Source: Callorhinchus milii (taxonomy: Eukaryota). Taken from it: a stretch of DNA of 64,000 nt. Position numbers and translations under genes: made by a program. This document shows, piece after piece, positions 12,262-24,400 of this stretch (the first letter of the stretch is position 1; every line of letters starts with the position of its first letter). Below the pieces are notes generated by a model. The model was given only the letters and a program-made list of their open reading frames with translations. It ran no database searches and was not told where the DNA came from. The DNA is taken from positions 87,112,001 through 87,176,000 of the forward strand of contig NW_024704742.1 of NCBI RefSeq assembly GCF_018977255.1. Direction: 5' to 3'.

Positions 12262-13816
12262 AATGTGCATAAACAAATATTCGGATGAATAGGGTTCTAC
12301 CCCAGTGAATGTTCCTATAAGACAATTCTCACAGCTTTTGTTTCTTTTAACTGCGTTGAGGTAACGTCTGATCTGAGGTTGGAGGTCCCCGACTACGGGT
12401 CCGTAACTTTGTCTGTCCAGCGCCCTGGGACGTCCTCCCGACGTGAAAGGCGCTATACAAATGTAATTTTGTTGTTGTTGTTGTATCATTGCCTGACCTA
12501 AATATTTTACATTCCTTATTTACGTGAATTACTTCTGCAGATTTGATTGATTGCAATCGCCTCTCTGACAGCCTAAATGTGTTTCTCCGAAGTCTAATTG
12601 AATGTAATACTTTTGCTATAAAAGGGCGAAAACATTTAATGTGACACAGCAGAGGCTGTTTCTTGGAGTGTGCTCCAGGCAGTGTGCCAGTGGGTGGACA
12701 TTATAAAGCTCAAACTCTTCCAGTTTGCTAGGAATACTCGCAGCGTACTGCTTGCAAATAACAACTCGCTGAAGTCATAATTAAACTCTGTTGCAGTCCG
12801 TGCAATTCAACAGCAGCTAAACTGCTATTTTCCTACTGTGGTACATATATAAACAGAATAATTTAAGCTGTAATTCAAGTAAACATGCAATGAGCCAGCA
12901 TTGTCAATCTGGCCAATACATCATCTGAGTTTGGGTAATAGCACCAGGGGCTGCAAAGAGGTAAGTATTCATTCCTCCCAGTGATGTTTTTCTTACCCTC
13001 TATATTCCATCAGCTCTGGTACATGTTTACTTAAGGTAAACAAGAGCAATACCTGATTCAATGCTTTGTTTTGAGATCTACGTCCACAAAAAGGTTGATG
13101 AAAGAAAGGGAAACAAACCATAGTACAAAACAAATGTCGATGGTTTCACACGAAAATAATTTTTCTATGAAGACACTTACAAAGTTCAGGTGCCGTTTGT
13201 GTCTACTGGATACACACAAGGCCCACTGAAAGAGAATGTGAAATAGAAATCCCCATTGGAAAAGCATCTTCTCAACGCCTTTTCAAAATTAGTTGGACGA
13301 AAGGTTGGCCTTATGACCTGGGGGAATTTTCAGCTTCTCGAACAGCCAGCTCTGAAAAATTTGCTGAAATGCTAATAAATTGCTCACTGGAGGAAACAAA
13401 TTCCTCTCCTGCAAGGGCTTAACCAGTTTAACACATATTTGCTCAGTGATTTGTGCTGTAATTATCTAAAGATATTTTGTATTAATACAATCAGTAATTC
13501 AATGAAGTCATTGCATCACTATTTGTGTAAATTAATGAGGGTAAGTCTCTAACTATGCTCCCATCAGTCTGAAGGAAAGGCCCAGTTTCTTTCACATCTG
13601 TTCCAACAGTTTATTGTGTCAATACATTTTGTACGATCATTCATTGTATCCCGTATAATGTTCTCAAACATCTACCATATGTTTTTGGCAAATTGGCCTG
13701 TATGTGGAGTCCTCTAGCTCAGTGGTTAGCGCGCTCGCCTCGCAAGCAAGAGACACGGGTTTGATTCTCAGCAGGGCGAAACCTTGGGCAAGTTTCTTTA
13801 CTTCACTGCTGTGAAG

Positions 13817-13846
13817 NNNNNNNNNNNNNNNNNNNNNNNNNNNNNN
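13817..13846. other. Assembly gap (30 N)
   Basis: Run of 30 n characters. Confidence 1.
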
Positions 13847-14092
13847 CATGCCGGCTCTAGAGTGCCGCGTTAAGGTGCTACACATGCTTGCGTGGCATGC
13901 AACTTTATAATTCTGAGTGTTGAGTTAACCTACAAATACATAGTCACTGCATTTTTCAGTAAGCATTCTAAGACGTTACCCTGCATGAGGAGGACTATAT
14001 AAACACAAGCTGGTGTAAAATCCTGTGAAGCTTTTTGAGATATCTCTACAATGTAATACGTGCTATATCAAATGCAGAGATTATTATCAAAA

Positions 14093-14565
14093 TGCAAAAT
14101 ACTGCAGAGGCTTGAAATCTGAAACAAAAAGAGAAGTTGCAGGGAACACTCAGCAAGTCAGGCAGTATCTATGGAGAAAGGAAAGTGAGTCAACGTTTCG
14201 GGTTCACGACCCTTCATCAGAACTGAGACATGTTGGGAGAGAGAGGCTTTTAAGGGTTAACAGGGAGGGGGGAGGCAGGGCAAGGAAGACAAAGGAGAAA
14301 ATGGGGTACAGGACTGGGGCTGATGAGTTAAAGAGATGTTAATGATGCAAAACAAAGGGGCGGATTGCAAAAAAGTAGGGGAATAGAGGTGTTAATACTG
14401 CAAAACAAAGGGGGAACAAATTGCAACAAAATAGGAAGACCAAAGAGAGAAAAGGTGTATCTGGAACTAAGATGATGTGGCAATGGTCACAGAAGAGGGG
14501 GAGGGGGAAGGTGGGCTGATATGGTCTGAAATTGTTGAAATCAATATTGAGGCCAGAGGGCTGTT
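14093..14565 (-). mobile_element. Penelope-like element 3' fragment (end of the GIY-YIG ORF plus pseudo-LTR)
   Basis: Minus strand encodes QPSGLNIDFNNFR (typical PLE ORF terminus) at about 14563-14524, followed by a pyrimidine-rich UTR, a hammerhead motif and the ctgctgagtgttcc...tgcagtattttgc-type terminus. Confidence 0.8.
14187..14224 (-). ncRNA. Minimal type I hammerhead ribozyme motif within the Penelope-like element
   Basis: agtt-CTGATGA-a-GGGT-cgtga-ACCC-GAAAC-GTT-gact: intact catalytic core, 4-bp stem II, loopless palindromic stem III, GUU cleavage triplet, short stem I. Confidence 0.75.
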
Positions 14566-14966
14566 AGGGAACTTACAGAACATCAGGGGACTGGGGGTTG
14601 CAGCTGGAGATGGAAAAGTAGAGTTGAGTGTCATCCACATACATGTGGAAGTTAATCCCGCATCTGCAGATGACATCACTGAGGGGGAGCATATAGATGA
14701 GGAAGAGAAGGGGGCCAAGGATGGAGCCCTGGGCTAAACCGCAGGTGACCAGGTGGAAACGAGAAGAAAAACCATAGGCACAAATGTAGTGCTAGTGGTT
14801 TGTAAGGTAGGACTCCGACCAGGCAAGTGCGGTCCCACTGAGGTGGATGATGGAGGACAGGCGGTGGAGGAGGATGGTGTGATCAACCATGTTGAACGCA
14901 GTGGAGAGGTCCAGGATGATGAGGAGGCAGAGGGAGCCCTGGTCACAGATAGAAAGGATATTGTTT
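14566..14966 (-). mobile_element. Older L2 RT fragment, left half of an element split by the young L2
   Basis: ILSICDQGSLCLLIILDLSTAF...LGPLLFLIYMLPL...HMYVDDTQLYF; same subfamily as 61440-62715. Confidence 0.85.
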
Positions 14967-17190
14967 TGAGGTCCTCTGAACTCCTTTCCCTCTGGCCTTC
15001 AACCCTCACTGATCCCTCTTCTGCTCTCACCCTCCTCCACAACACCCTCTCCTCCACACTCGACACTCTTGCCCCCATCACCTCCCGTACTGTCTCTTAT
15101 TCTCGCTCCTCCCCCTGGTTCACCACCCACCTCCGCTCACTGAAGAGCCAGGTGCGGGCCGCTGAACGCACCTGCCTCAAATCTGGCCTAACGGTCCACC
15201 GGCAAATCTGGCTGGACCTCCCCAAAACCTACCGCTCCACTCTAGCCTCGGCCAAGTCGTCCTTCTACTCCAGGATAATCCTGGAGGCGAAGAACAACCC
15301 CAGGCTTCTGTTCTCTACCACATCCCAACTCCTCCGTCCCTCCCGCCACCACACGCAGGTCATCTCCTCCAACCTTCACTGCGAGGAGATGCTGGATTTC
15401 CTTGAATCCAAAATCAAGGGAATCCGCTCCGCGGTCACTGCCCCTCCAACTTCCACCCACCCCCTAACCCTTCCCTCCCACACTCCGACTCCTACCCATC
15501 CTCCCCTTCGAACCCGTTTCCCCACCCTGTCACCAAACTCATCCTTGAAACCCACCACCTGCTCCCTGGACCCCATCCCCACTCCACTCCTTATCTCCCA
15601 GCTCCACCTCCTTGCCCCACTTCTCACAGACACCATTAACCTGTCCCTCTCCCTGGCTCTGTTCCCATTCCCCTCAAAACTGCCACCATCACTCCCATAC
15701 TGAAAAAACCCTCCCTTGATGCGTCGCAGCTATCAAGCTACCGCCCATCTCCAACCTCCCCTTCCTGTCCAAGGTTCTCGAAAGAGTCGTCGCCTCCCAG
15801 TTGCGCTCTATCCTCTCCACCCACTCACTTTTTGAACCCCTTCAGTCGGGTTTCCGTGCTGCCCATAGCACGGAAACTGCCCTGGTCAAGGTCACTAATG
15901 ACATCTTGACCATCTGTGACCAGGGCTCCGTCTGCCTCCTCGTCCTCCTCGACCAATCGCAGCATTCGATACGGTCGACCACTCTATCCTCCTCGACCGC
16001 TTGTCCTCCCACCTCAACCTTCAAGGCCCTGTCCTTGAGTGGTTTAGGTCCTACCTCTCCCACCGTCTTCATTTTGTCTCTGCAAACCGCTTTTCCTCCA
16101 GCCTCCGCACTGTCTCGTGCGGTGTCCCTCAGGGCTCTGTCCTCGGTCCCCTCCTCTTCACCCTCTATATGCTCCCCCTCGGTGACATCATCCGCAGACA
16201 TGGAGTTAACTTCCACATGTATGCGGATGACACCCAACTCTACCTTTCCTCTTCAACCCTCAACTCCACGACCACCGATGTCCTGACAGCCTGCCTGTCC
16301 GACATCGAGTCCTGGACGAGAGACAACTTTCTTCAGCTCAACGTGCGCAAAACTGAGGCCCTCCTGATTGGCTCACGTCAGCGCCTCCGCACCTCAGGCG
16401 CTGACAGCATCAGCATCCAAAGCTGCACTATCCACCTTTCAGAGCCAGTCAGGAACCTCGGCGTTCTGTTCGACCCTGAGTTGTCCTTTCTTCCCCACAT
16501 CCGCGCCACAACTGGCACCGCCTTCCATCACCTCCGGAACATCGCCAGACTACGGCACTACCTTACCCCTCACGCTGCTGAAACACTGGTCCACACCTTT
16601 ATCACCTCAAGGCTGGACTACAGGAGCTCTCTCCTCACCGGCCTTCCCGGCACCTCCCTCCACAAGCTGCAGGTCATTCAAGACTCTGCAGCTCGTGTAC
16701 TGTCCCGCACCAGGCTTCACGACCACATCACTCCCACCCTCGCTCGCCTCCACTGGCTCTCCATCCCCCAGAAGATACTATACAAGTGCCTTGCACCTTC
16801 CTACCTCTCCGACCTACTATAACCCTACTTACCTGCCCGTACCCTCTGTTCCTCTGGCTCCGGTTTGCTCCACATCCCCCGCCCTAACCACCCTACCATC
16901 GGTGGCCGGGCTTTCAGCCTCTCAGCCCCTAGGCTCTGGAACTCCATCCCCCAGTGCCTTCGCTTTGCTTCCTCCCTTTCCTCCTTCAAGGCCGGTCTCA
17001 AGACCTTTCTCTTCAACCGTGCCTTCAGCTCCCCTCTCGACTCTCTACCCCTCCTCGCTCCCTCCCTTCCCTCCCCTCACCCTGACCATTTCCCCCCTGC
17101 TCGGGTCCCGAGCCAACTGTCCAGCGCCTTGGGACGTCCTCCCGACGTGAAAGGCGCTCTATAAATGCAATCATGTTGTTGTTGTTGTTG
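14967..17190 (+). mobile_element. Young L2 LINE, 5'-truncated (about 2.2 kb; ORF2 linker, RT and 3' UTR), frameshifted
   Basis: [81 protein letters not shown]; 3' stem-loop and (TTG)n tail. Confidence 0.95.
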
Positions 17191-17392
17191 TTTGTGACTT
17201 TCACAAGCGCTGTCTCTATATTGTGGGCAGGGTGGAAACCGGACTGAAGGGTTTGAATAGAGTTTGTAGGGAGAGGTGTGTGCGAAGTTGGTTGGCAACA
17301 ACACATTCCAGAGCTTTGGCAAGGAAGGGCAGGTTTGAGATAGGGCAGTAGTGGCCAAGGTTGGCGGGATTGAGGGTAAGTTTTTTAAGAGT
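17188..17392 (-). mobile_element. Older L2 RT fragment, right half continuing 14566-14966
   Basis: LQSGFHPAHNIETALVKVTN joins directly to NILSICDQG at 14966 once the young L2 is removed. Confidence 0.85.
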
Positions 17393-17461
17393 CAAAATTA
17401 GGGTTGCAGACCACAGGAACGCAGGTCAACATTAGATGGTAAATCATTGAACCTCATTGAC

Positions 17462-17890
17462 AAACAACAACTTGGGACTTATATAGCGCCCTCCACTCAG
17501 GGTAGCATCTCCAAGTGCTTAACAGTGGTGGAGCCTAACTCCGAGCCGAGGGTGGGGGGGTTGGTGTTGGCCATAAGCAGTCGAAGAGGAAGGTCTTCAG
17601 GCGGGACTTGAAAAAGGGGAGAGAGGGAGCAAGGTGGAGAGACTGAGAGAGTGTTCCAGAGTTTCGGGGTGTAGTGCCTGAAAGCACGATCTCCAATGAT
17701 GGGACGGAGAGTGCGAGGGACAAGTAGGAGGCCGATGTCAATCGAGCGGAGGCACTGGGTGGTGGATTGGGAAATGAGGAGGTCGGAGAAGTAGGAAGGT
17801 GCCAGAGAGTGAAGGGATTTGAACACGAGTGTGGGGATCTTGAAGTCAATCCATTCGGTGATGGGGAGCTAGTGAAACCTGGCCAGAACT
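17462..17890 (-). mobile_element. L2 LINE 3' fragment
   Basis: FKSLHSLAPSYFSDLL...IGDRAFRHYTPKLWN; L2 tail. Confidence 0.85.
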
Positions 17891-17969
17891 GGTGAGATGT
17901 GGGTTTGGAGTTTGGTCTGGGTAAGTATGTGGGCGGCAATCTGTGGTCTGTGTTCAATTTCTGTTCTCA

Positions 17970-18125
<156 letters not shown>

Positions 18126-18490
18126 TTATTGGGTGATACCAACAGACTGGCTCCTTTTAAGTTGCTCTCAGTTTCACCAACAACTTGCCCTTGTATAGCT
18201 CTTTTTACATTGGTTGAATGCTCAGAACACTTCAGAGGACTTGTGAAGGATCAGCAGGCAGAAAAGGCAAGAGAGGGAGTTTTGACCAAAGGGACAGACA
18301 GATCTGCAGCATATACAACCCACACATTCTCCATGGATCTGATAGAACTTGCCAGGTGGAAGCTGAATGAGACCTAGAGGTATTAGCTGGCTCAGTGCTC
18401 ACCACCACCACCACCAACAACAACAAGATTACAGTTATAGAGCACCATTCACGTCGGGAGGACGTCCTAAGGCACTGGACAGTCAAGAGT

Positions 18491-21400
18491 CAGGACAAGT
18501 CAAAACAACGTGAGGCAGCTATAAACAATGAAAATCTGGGCTATATTGAGTTCAGATCCCCAGATGTCATACTCAAACTCTTGTCAGGCAGTATAGAGCT
18601 CTAGTCACCAAGACATAAAGAGGCAGTGCAGAGGAGAACCCAGTGTTAGAAGAATGAGCAATGAGCAACAATTAGACAAACTAGGCCACTTCAACCTTGA
18701 AAATAGATGTCTCAGAGGGGACGTTTTAGAGATCTGTACAATTTTAAATGGAACTGAGAAAGTAAATCCAGAAAAATACTTTTGGGCAGCAGAACAAGTG
18801 GAAGCATTCAGGGTTGTAAAGGTAGTTTCAAGACAGGCGTCAGGAAGTATTTCTTTACCCAGAGGGTAGTTAACAACTGGGGCGAGTTATCAAGAATATT
18901 AAGGATAGCCCATTGGGCTCATTTAAGAAGCAGCTCAATGCTGTGATGGTAGGATGGTAGGGTGGCTATAGGGTGGTAGGGTGGGTATACTGGAACGATG
19001 AAATCAAATGGACTAAAAAGGCCTGCTTCGCTAGTCCTGGAAGTGTACAGCATTGCCAGAGATGCCGTCCTTCAGATGAAATGTTAAACTAAGGTCCCAC
19101 CTTCCTGTTCAGGTGGACATTAAAGATGCAATGGCACTACTGGAAAAGAGAATGACGTTTCTCCTGGGGCCAACAAATACTCAGATAAACTTTTTTGCTG
19201 TTTTCAAATTGACTGCCACATTCGTCTACTAAATACTTATGAAGCACTTTTTGATGTTCCAGATGCTATATCAAATGCAAGGCTTAGTTTTATTAATCAT
19301 TATTATTTATGGGTGTGTGTAGCCTGGTTCTGGAGAGAATTCAGGCTTTCAAGAATAAAATTGAATTGCTGCTGATAGATCATTACATTTTGGTGAAGTT
19401 GAGTGGTTGTTAGTGGTGGTCAAACCAGGCTGAGAGGCCCTGTTCGAGCACCACAAACGAGAGCACAACGGGATGTCACAGTGGAGGCCATTAACAACTT
19501 TACTAAATGCAATCCGATGCTAGGGAACAGCGATGGAAATACATTCCTTATAGATCAGTTCAGAATGTTTCCTGATGCCTGAGGCTTCACAAAGTCAATT
19601 AAACACACAAGCGAAAGGAAAGTGTGAAATTAAAAGTTTATGTTTGCCACGACAAAGTGAGGCCTTTTGGAGGTCAATTCAAAGTGTGGAAGGTTTGAAT
19701 TTGCAACAAGGTCCAAATTCCAAATTAGGTCCTGTTCCAACTGTACATTTTCACATCTACTTTTCCCAGAATCATGCAGTTACCCGCAGACTGAGTGGCT
19801 GAAGGATTTTAACTGGCAATCGCTTGGTAACACGTCTATTCTTGGCAACATAAAGACTATTTATTGAAATAGAATTACACAGACTGCTACAGCATGAAAA
19901 CAAGCCATTCGGGACAAGTAGTCTGTGTCTGTCTTTAAACCCACATTCACTACTGCCCACAGGCAACAATGAAAATAATCTTGGGGGCAGGGGAGAGAGC
20001 TGAGTAAAGAGGTGAGCTGTAGGTAGATTTCGGGGATTCAACCCTCTCTAGCATTAGTCACTCGCTGCTTAAGTCCTCTCATGCACGCAGTTGCAGAATG
20101 ATTATCAACAGACATTTGTGGGAGGGAGGGAGGGAGGGAGGGAGAAAGAACAACAAATTACATTTATAATAATCCTTGCATTTGATCTAACGCCTTCAAG
20201 ACATCTCAAAGTGCTTCACAGAATATACTGTAAAGTGAATTGACTGTATATATTGTGGGCGAAATGTGCAGCCAATTGCACACAGCAGTGTCCCGCAAAC
20301 AGTCGTGCATTGAGTGACCAATTTATTATTATTTTTTTGAAGGACTTATTACTCCCGGAAAAATGATCGGCCAATTGACTTAACAACCAGGTTCCTACTT
20401 ACTGCTAGGTAAATAGAGGCGTGTGGAGTAAAAAAACTTGCCCATCGTTTTGCCCTGCCGGGAATCGAACCCAGGTCTCTCACTTGCAAGGCAAGTGCTC
20501 TAATCAATAAGCTACAGGACTTCACTTATTTATAAATTACATTCATATAAGCTCCTTTCATGCCAGAAGGGCGTCCCAAAGTGCTGAAATGCTGAAAGGA
20601 AAGGAAGGAAGAGGTTGCAGGATGCTCTCCTAATCATCCTAGTTATTTTCTGTCCAGCAAAACAATTTATTTTCTTTGATTAAAATCAAATTGTTTTCTG
20701 GTTTAGTGATAAATTGTTTTTTTTCATAATCTATACTTCAAATTCTACCCTGGTCATGGCCTATTCACAATAATTGCTGTAAAACACTCAGGGACCTTAT
20801 AGCAACAAACTGAACTGATCTGAACTGCTGGGATCCTGGGATCTGTCCAACATTCTGTCTAATTGAGATTGAATAATTTGCAGTCAAACTAAGAATCATT
20901 AGGCATAAACCCAGAAGAGTTGGATGACACCATATTTCTGCCAGTAACTCTGACAAATGATAGCGAATGTACATGCATGTTTAATACTGGCGTGGAAAAG
21001 ACCAAAAAAATGTTGAAGAGAAACTATTTATTTCAACTTGAGTGTGAGGTTTATTGAATTCCACAGTAGCATGCTTAGAGGAAACAACAAAACAACAACA
21101 GGCATCGGTTACTCTCGATCTGTGGGCAAATCTGACAACATGTTGGCACCTTCGAGCATGTGTGAAACCAGAGTTGGCAGAGTGCTCACCTCTTGGCAGT
21201 ACAGCAATAATAATTATTGAAAATTATAACAATAATAATTCTTGCATTTGATATAGAGCCTTTCACATTGAGAGGAAGTCTCAAAACATTTCCTGGGATT
21301 TTACTGTAAAGTGCAGGGATTTTGTGTGAAGTGCTCATGGATGACTGCATCGTCCATTTCATTTCTAATTCATCTAATTTTGTAAAGCGCTTCAAGATGT

Positions 21401-24400
21401 TTCTTAAAATTTTTACAATAATTATCCTTGCATTTGATACAGTGGCTTCAGCAGAAACCCTGTGCTTCTGAAAGAGAAATGTAGAATGTGACTGGATCTT
21501 GTGGGAACAGAGCTGCAGTGCACTAGGAGTGAAGTGGAGTAAAATCAAATCAGTTCACTTTCATCTTGCAAAGGGACCTGATGAAATCTATTCAAAACCC
21601 TCCCCTCACTGCTGCTTATCACCTCGGTAATGCACTTAGACACACTCATCCTACCTGTAAAGCACAAAATCAGTACAACTTGTTTAAATCGATCTTAGGT
21701 TCAAAGTTTTACAAAAATAAACAGTGACAGAAGTATCACAGAATCATAGAATTTGCAGCACAGAAGGTATCTAATAATAATAATCCTTGCATTTGATTTA
21801 TCATGCCATTAAGACATCTCAAAGCACTTCGCAGAATATATTGTAAAGTTTAGTGACTGTGTATTTTGAGGGCGAAACGCTGATGAGTCCATTGTGTGAC
21901 TACTTTACAAGCTCCCTACCAGAGCTATACATTGCAATCCCAAATTGGAAACAAAGGCTCAATCTAACAGGGCAAGGCTTCCTCAGCCAATATTGTTAAC
22001 CATGTACAATCTTAATACAGCAACATCTTGTATTTATATAACGGCTTCCTCATGAAAGAAACATTTCGAAGTGTTTTACAAAATGAGATCAATCAGAAAT
22101 GAAGTGAATATTACAGAGCAGGACAAACGTTTCTTCGGGAGTTTTTGTACAGATAAAGTCTAAAAATTATTACTGTAATGTTCAGTGGATTAACAATACG
22201 CAATGTTGCATTGTTCTGCCTCCGCTTCTCCTGCTCTGTTTTCAAAAGCCATGTTATAACGTGCTTCATTACAATGTTGATTTGTTTATAATGCATTCAT
22301 TGCACATGCAGGCAGCCACCTGGTAGTTCTTGTGCTAAAAATGTCACCTCCAACATCCCTTCCTGCTTGCTGGGCATAACACAGTGACATCAGCAATGAC
22401 CTGAATTTTATGAATCCAATGACTTCGCCTTCGGCCATCTCCCCTACACACACACACACACTCACACCCTATTTCTGTCTCAACTTGTCCTCCCGCCCTG
22501 TCTTTGTAAAGCGATTTGAGAAGTTCACCCTACATGGAAGATACTATACAAGTGCAAATTATTGCTGTTGTGGTCCTTGTTGCCAGTCCTCATGGATTGC
22601 TTTCTCCTCAAACACATTGCCCAGAATAATCTTACTCATTATCATGTGAAGAGGCATTACTCTCCCATGGACGTCAATGACATTTGCCCTCACACTGATG
22701 CCTTGAGCCCTCACAGTGTCAAACTGTTCTACTTTTCACGACTGTAAACAGATACACGACATCTGCTTTAATTCGATGGCACATGATCTGGGAGTGGGTC
22801 TATGGCTAGCCACATGACTACAATCAGGCTACTGTGTGCTGTAATCTGTTTTGGATACAATCATTTATAGACAACATAAATAGCTTTCATTCCCTCTGCG
22901 TGGCTACCCAGAAAGAGAACTTATAAACACTGGATCTTGTACCGCACACTTACTCTCAGTTACGTGCATAGAAAATTTTCCCCAATTAGCACAGCTGCAA
23001 GTGGGACATTACTGACTTGATCAATGCTTTATATGGACTGGAAATTACGTCCATGTGTGACCTGTAGTTTGTATGAACTTAAAAGTGTGAAGTACTTACA
23101 GTTAACTGCTGCACTAGTTTACTTCATTGTGTATTTATCCATTTATCCGTGAAGATACGTGTTTGCTCAACCCAGCGGCAAACTTGTCAGATCCCTTCCC
23201 CCATCCTCACCACCAGTTTTAAAGTGATCTGATGATCCCACAATTTGAACCCACTGAAGGACTCTTAAGGCATTTATCTATCTTACTGTCTCTTAGGGGA
23301 TTCCAGACAACAACTTTGAAAGGAATAATCAGAAAGGCGCTTACTATTCCTTTATCTGCATTCACAGCACCACTCGGCTTCTGTTAAGGCAGCGTACTAA
23401 CGAATAGGGTTGCCCTAAGCAGCAGGAAAGCTTGCCAGACAATGCTCTCAGTGGTTTTAGCTATGTGGTTTTAGCTCATTAAACTCCAGGAGTACTCCAA
23501 CCCAGACTTATACAAGCCTTGGCTCTTGCCAGCCTTAGCCTAACAGTCTCCAGAATTAGCTTATCAGAGTGTGTCCCTTCAGGGAGGCACTGCGCATTCC
23601 ATTCCAACAAAGAGAAATTTCCATGCAGAGGTGGTATCTTTATGTGGATCTCTGTTTGGTTGGACACACATGCGATGGGTTTCCGTGTTGGTCACTCATT
23701 TGGGGGGCAAACAGAGTCTCCTCAGAGCTGAACTGGCTCCAAAATAACGTACAGCACAGCCAGCCTGGCTCATCGGCAGGACTTGGAAGGGCAGACCAGT
23801 CACTGGGGGCAGGGAATCCGACCACTCCGCTCCCTCTAATCCTGCAAGCCAAAGCCCTAATAGGTAGGGTCGTCCTAGATGGACAAGCTGCCGGAAAACT
23901 TTCCAGACAGTGCTATTAATGGCAAGCTACGCGGTTTTAGCTTGTTAGACTCCAGCAGTACCCCAACACACACTCTAGGGGTCCCAAGCCTTGGCTACTG
24001 CGAACCTGCGCCTAATACTTTCCCGAATTAGGTAAGCAGGATGCATTTCTCTAGGGAGAGTGTGCATTCCATTCCAACAATCTATCTCTGCAATTTCCAT
24101 GTGTAGGTGACATACTTTTAAGCATCGTGATAGGTGTCCGTATGTGTCAGACACCCAGCTGACCAAAGAAAAATCCTCAAGCGACCACTCTCTACAGAAG
24201 TATTCGGTCCATGTTCACAAAGATCTTTTTAGGCAGTCTTCAAAAGCAGACGGAAGCCTTCACAACTTATAATAACAGCAAGCGGTGTCAGGGGAAAAAG
24301 GGTGAGGTATATACAAATCTCTCACAGAAATTGGAGTATAACATTAGTTTTCTGATTATCTTGAAAAATTATATAAAAAAAACAATCCTTGCATTTGATG

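Larger units (their letters stand above)
1..13816 (+). repeat. Copy A of a >=13.8 kb near-identical direct duplication (partner 18491-32337), truncated by the gap
   Basis: Base-by-base match and paired ORFs in the track (164/18654, 2272/20765, 10817/29335, 13058/31579). The offset drifts from 18490 to 18521. Confidence 0.97.

Noticed and set aside
13847..13900. CpG-rich odd sequence immediately after the gap
   Set aside because: Most likely low-quality contig-end sequence; I cannot recognise an adapter or element.
14753..15703. 316-aa ORF, the longest in the window
   Set aside because: Chimera of the antisense strand of an old L2 and the ORF2 linker of the young L2; not a host gene.
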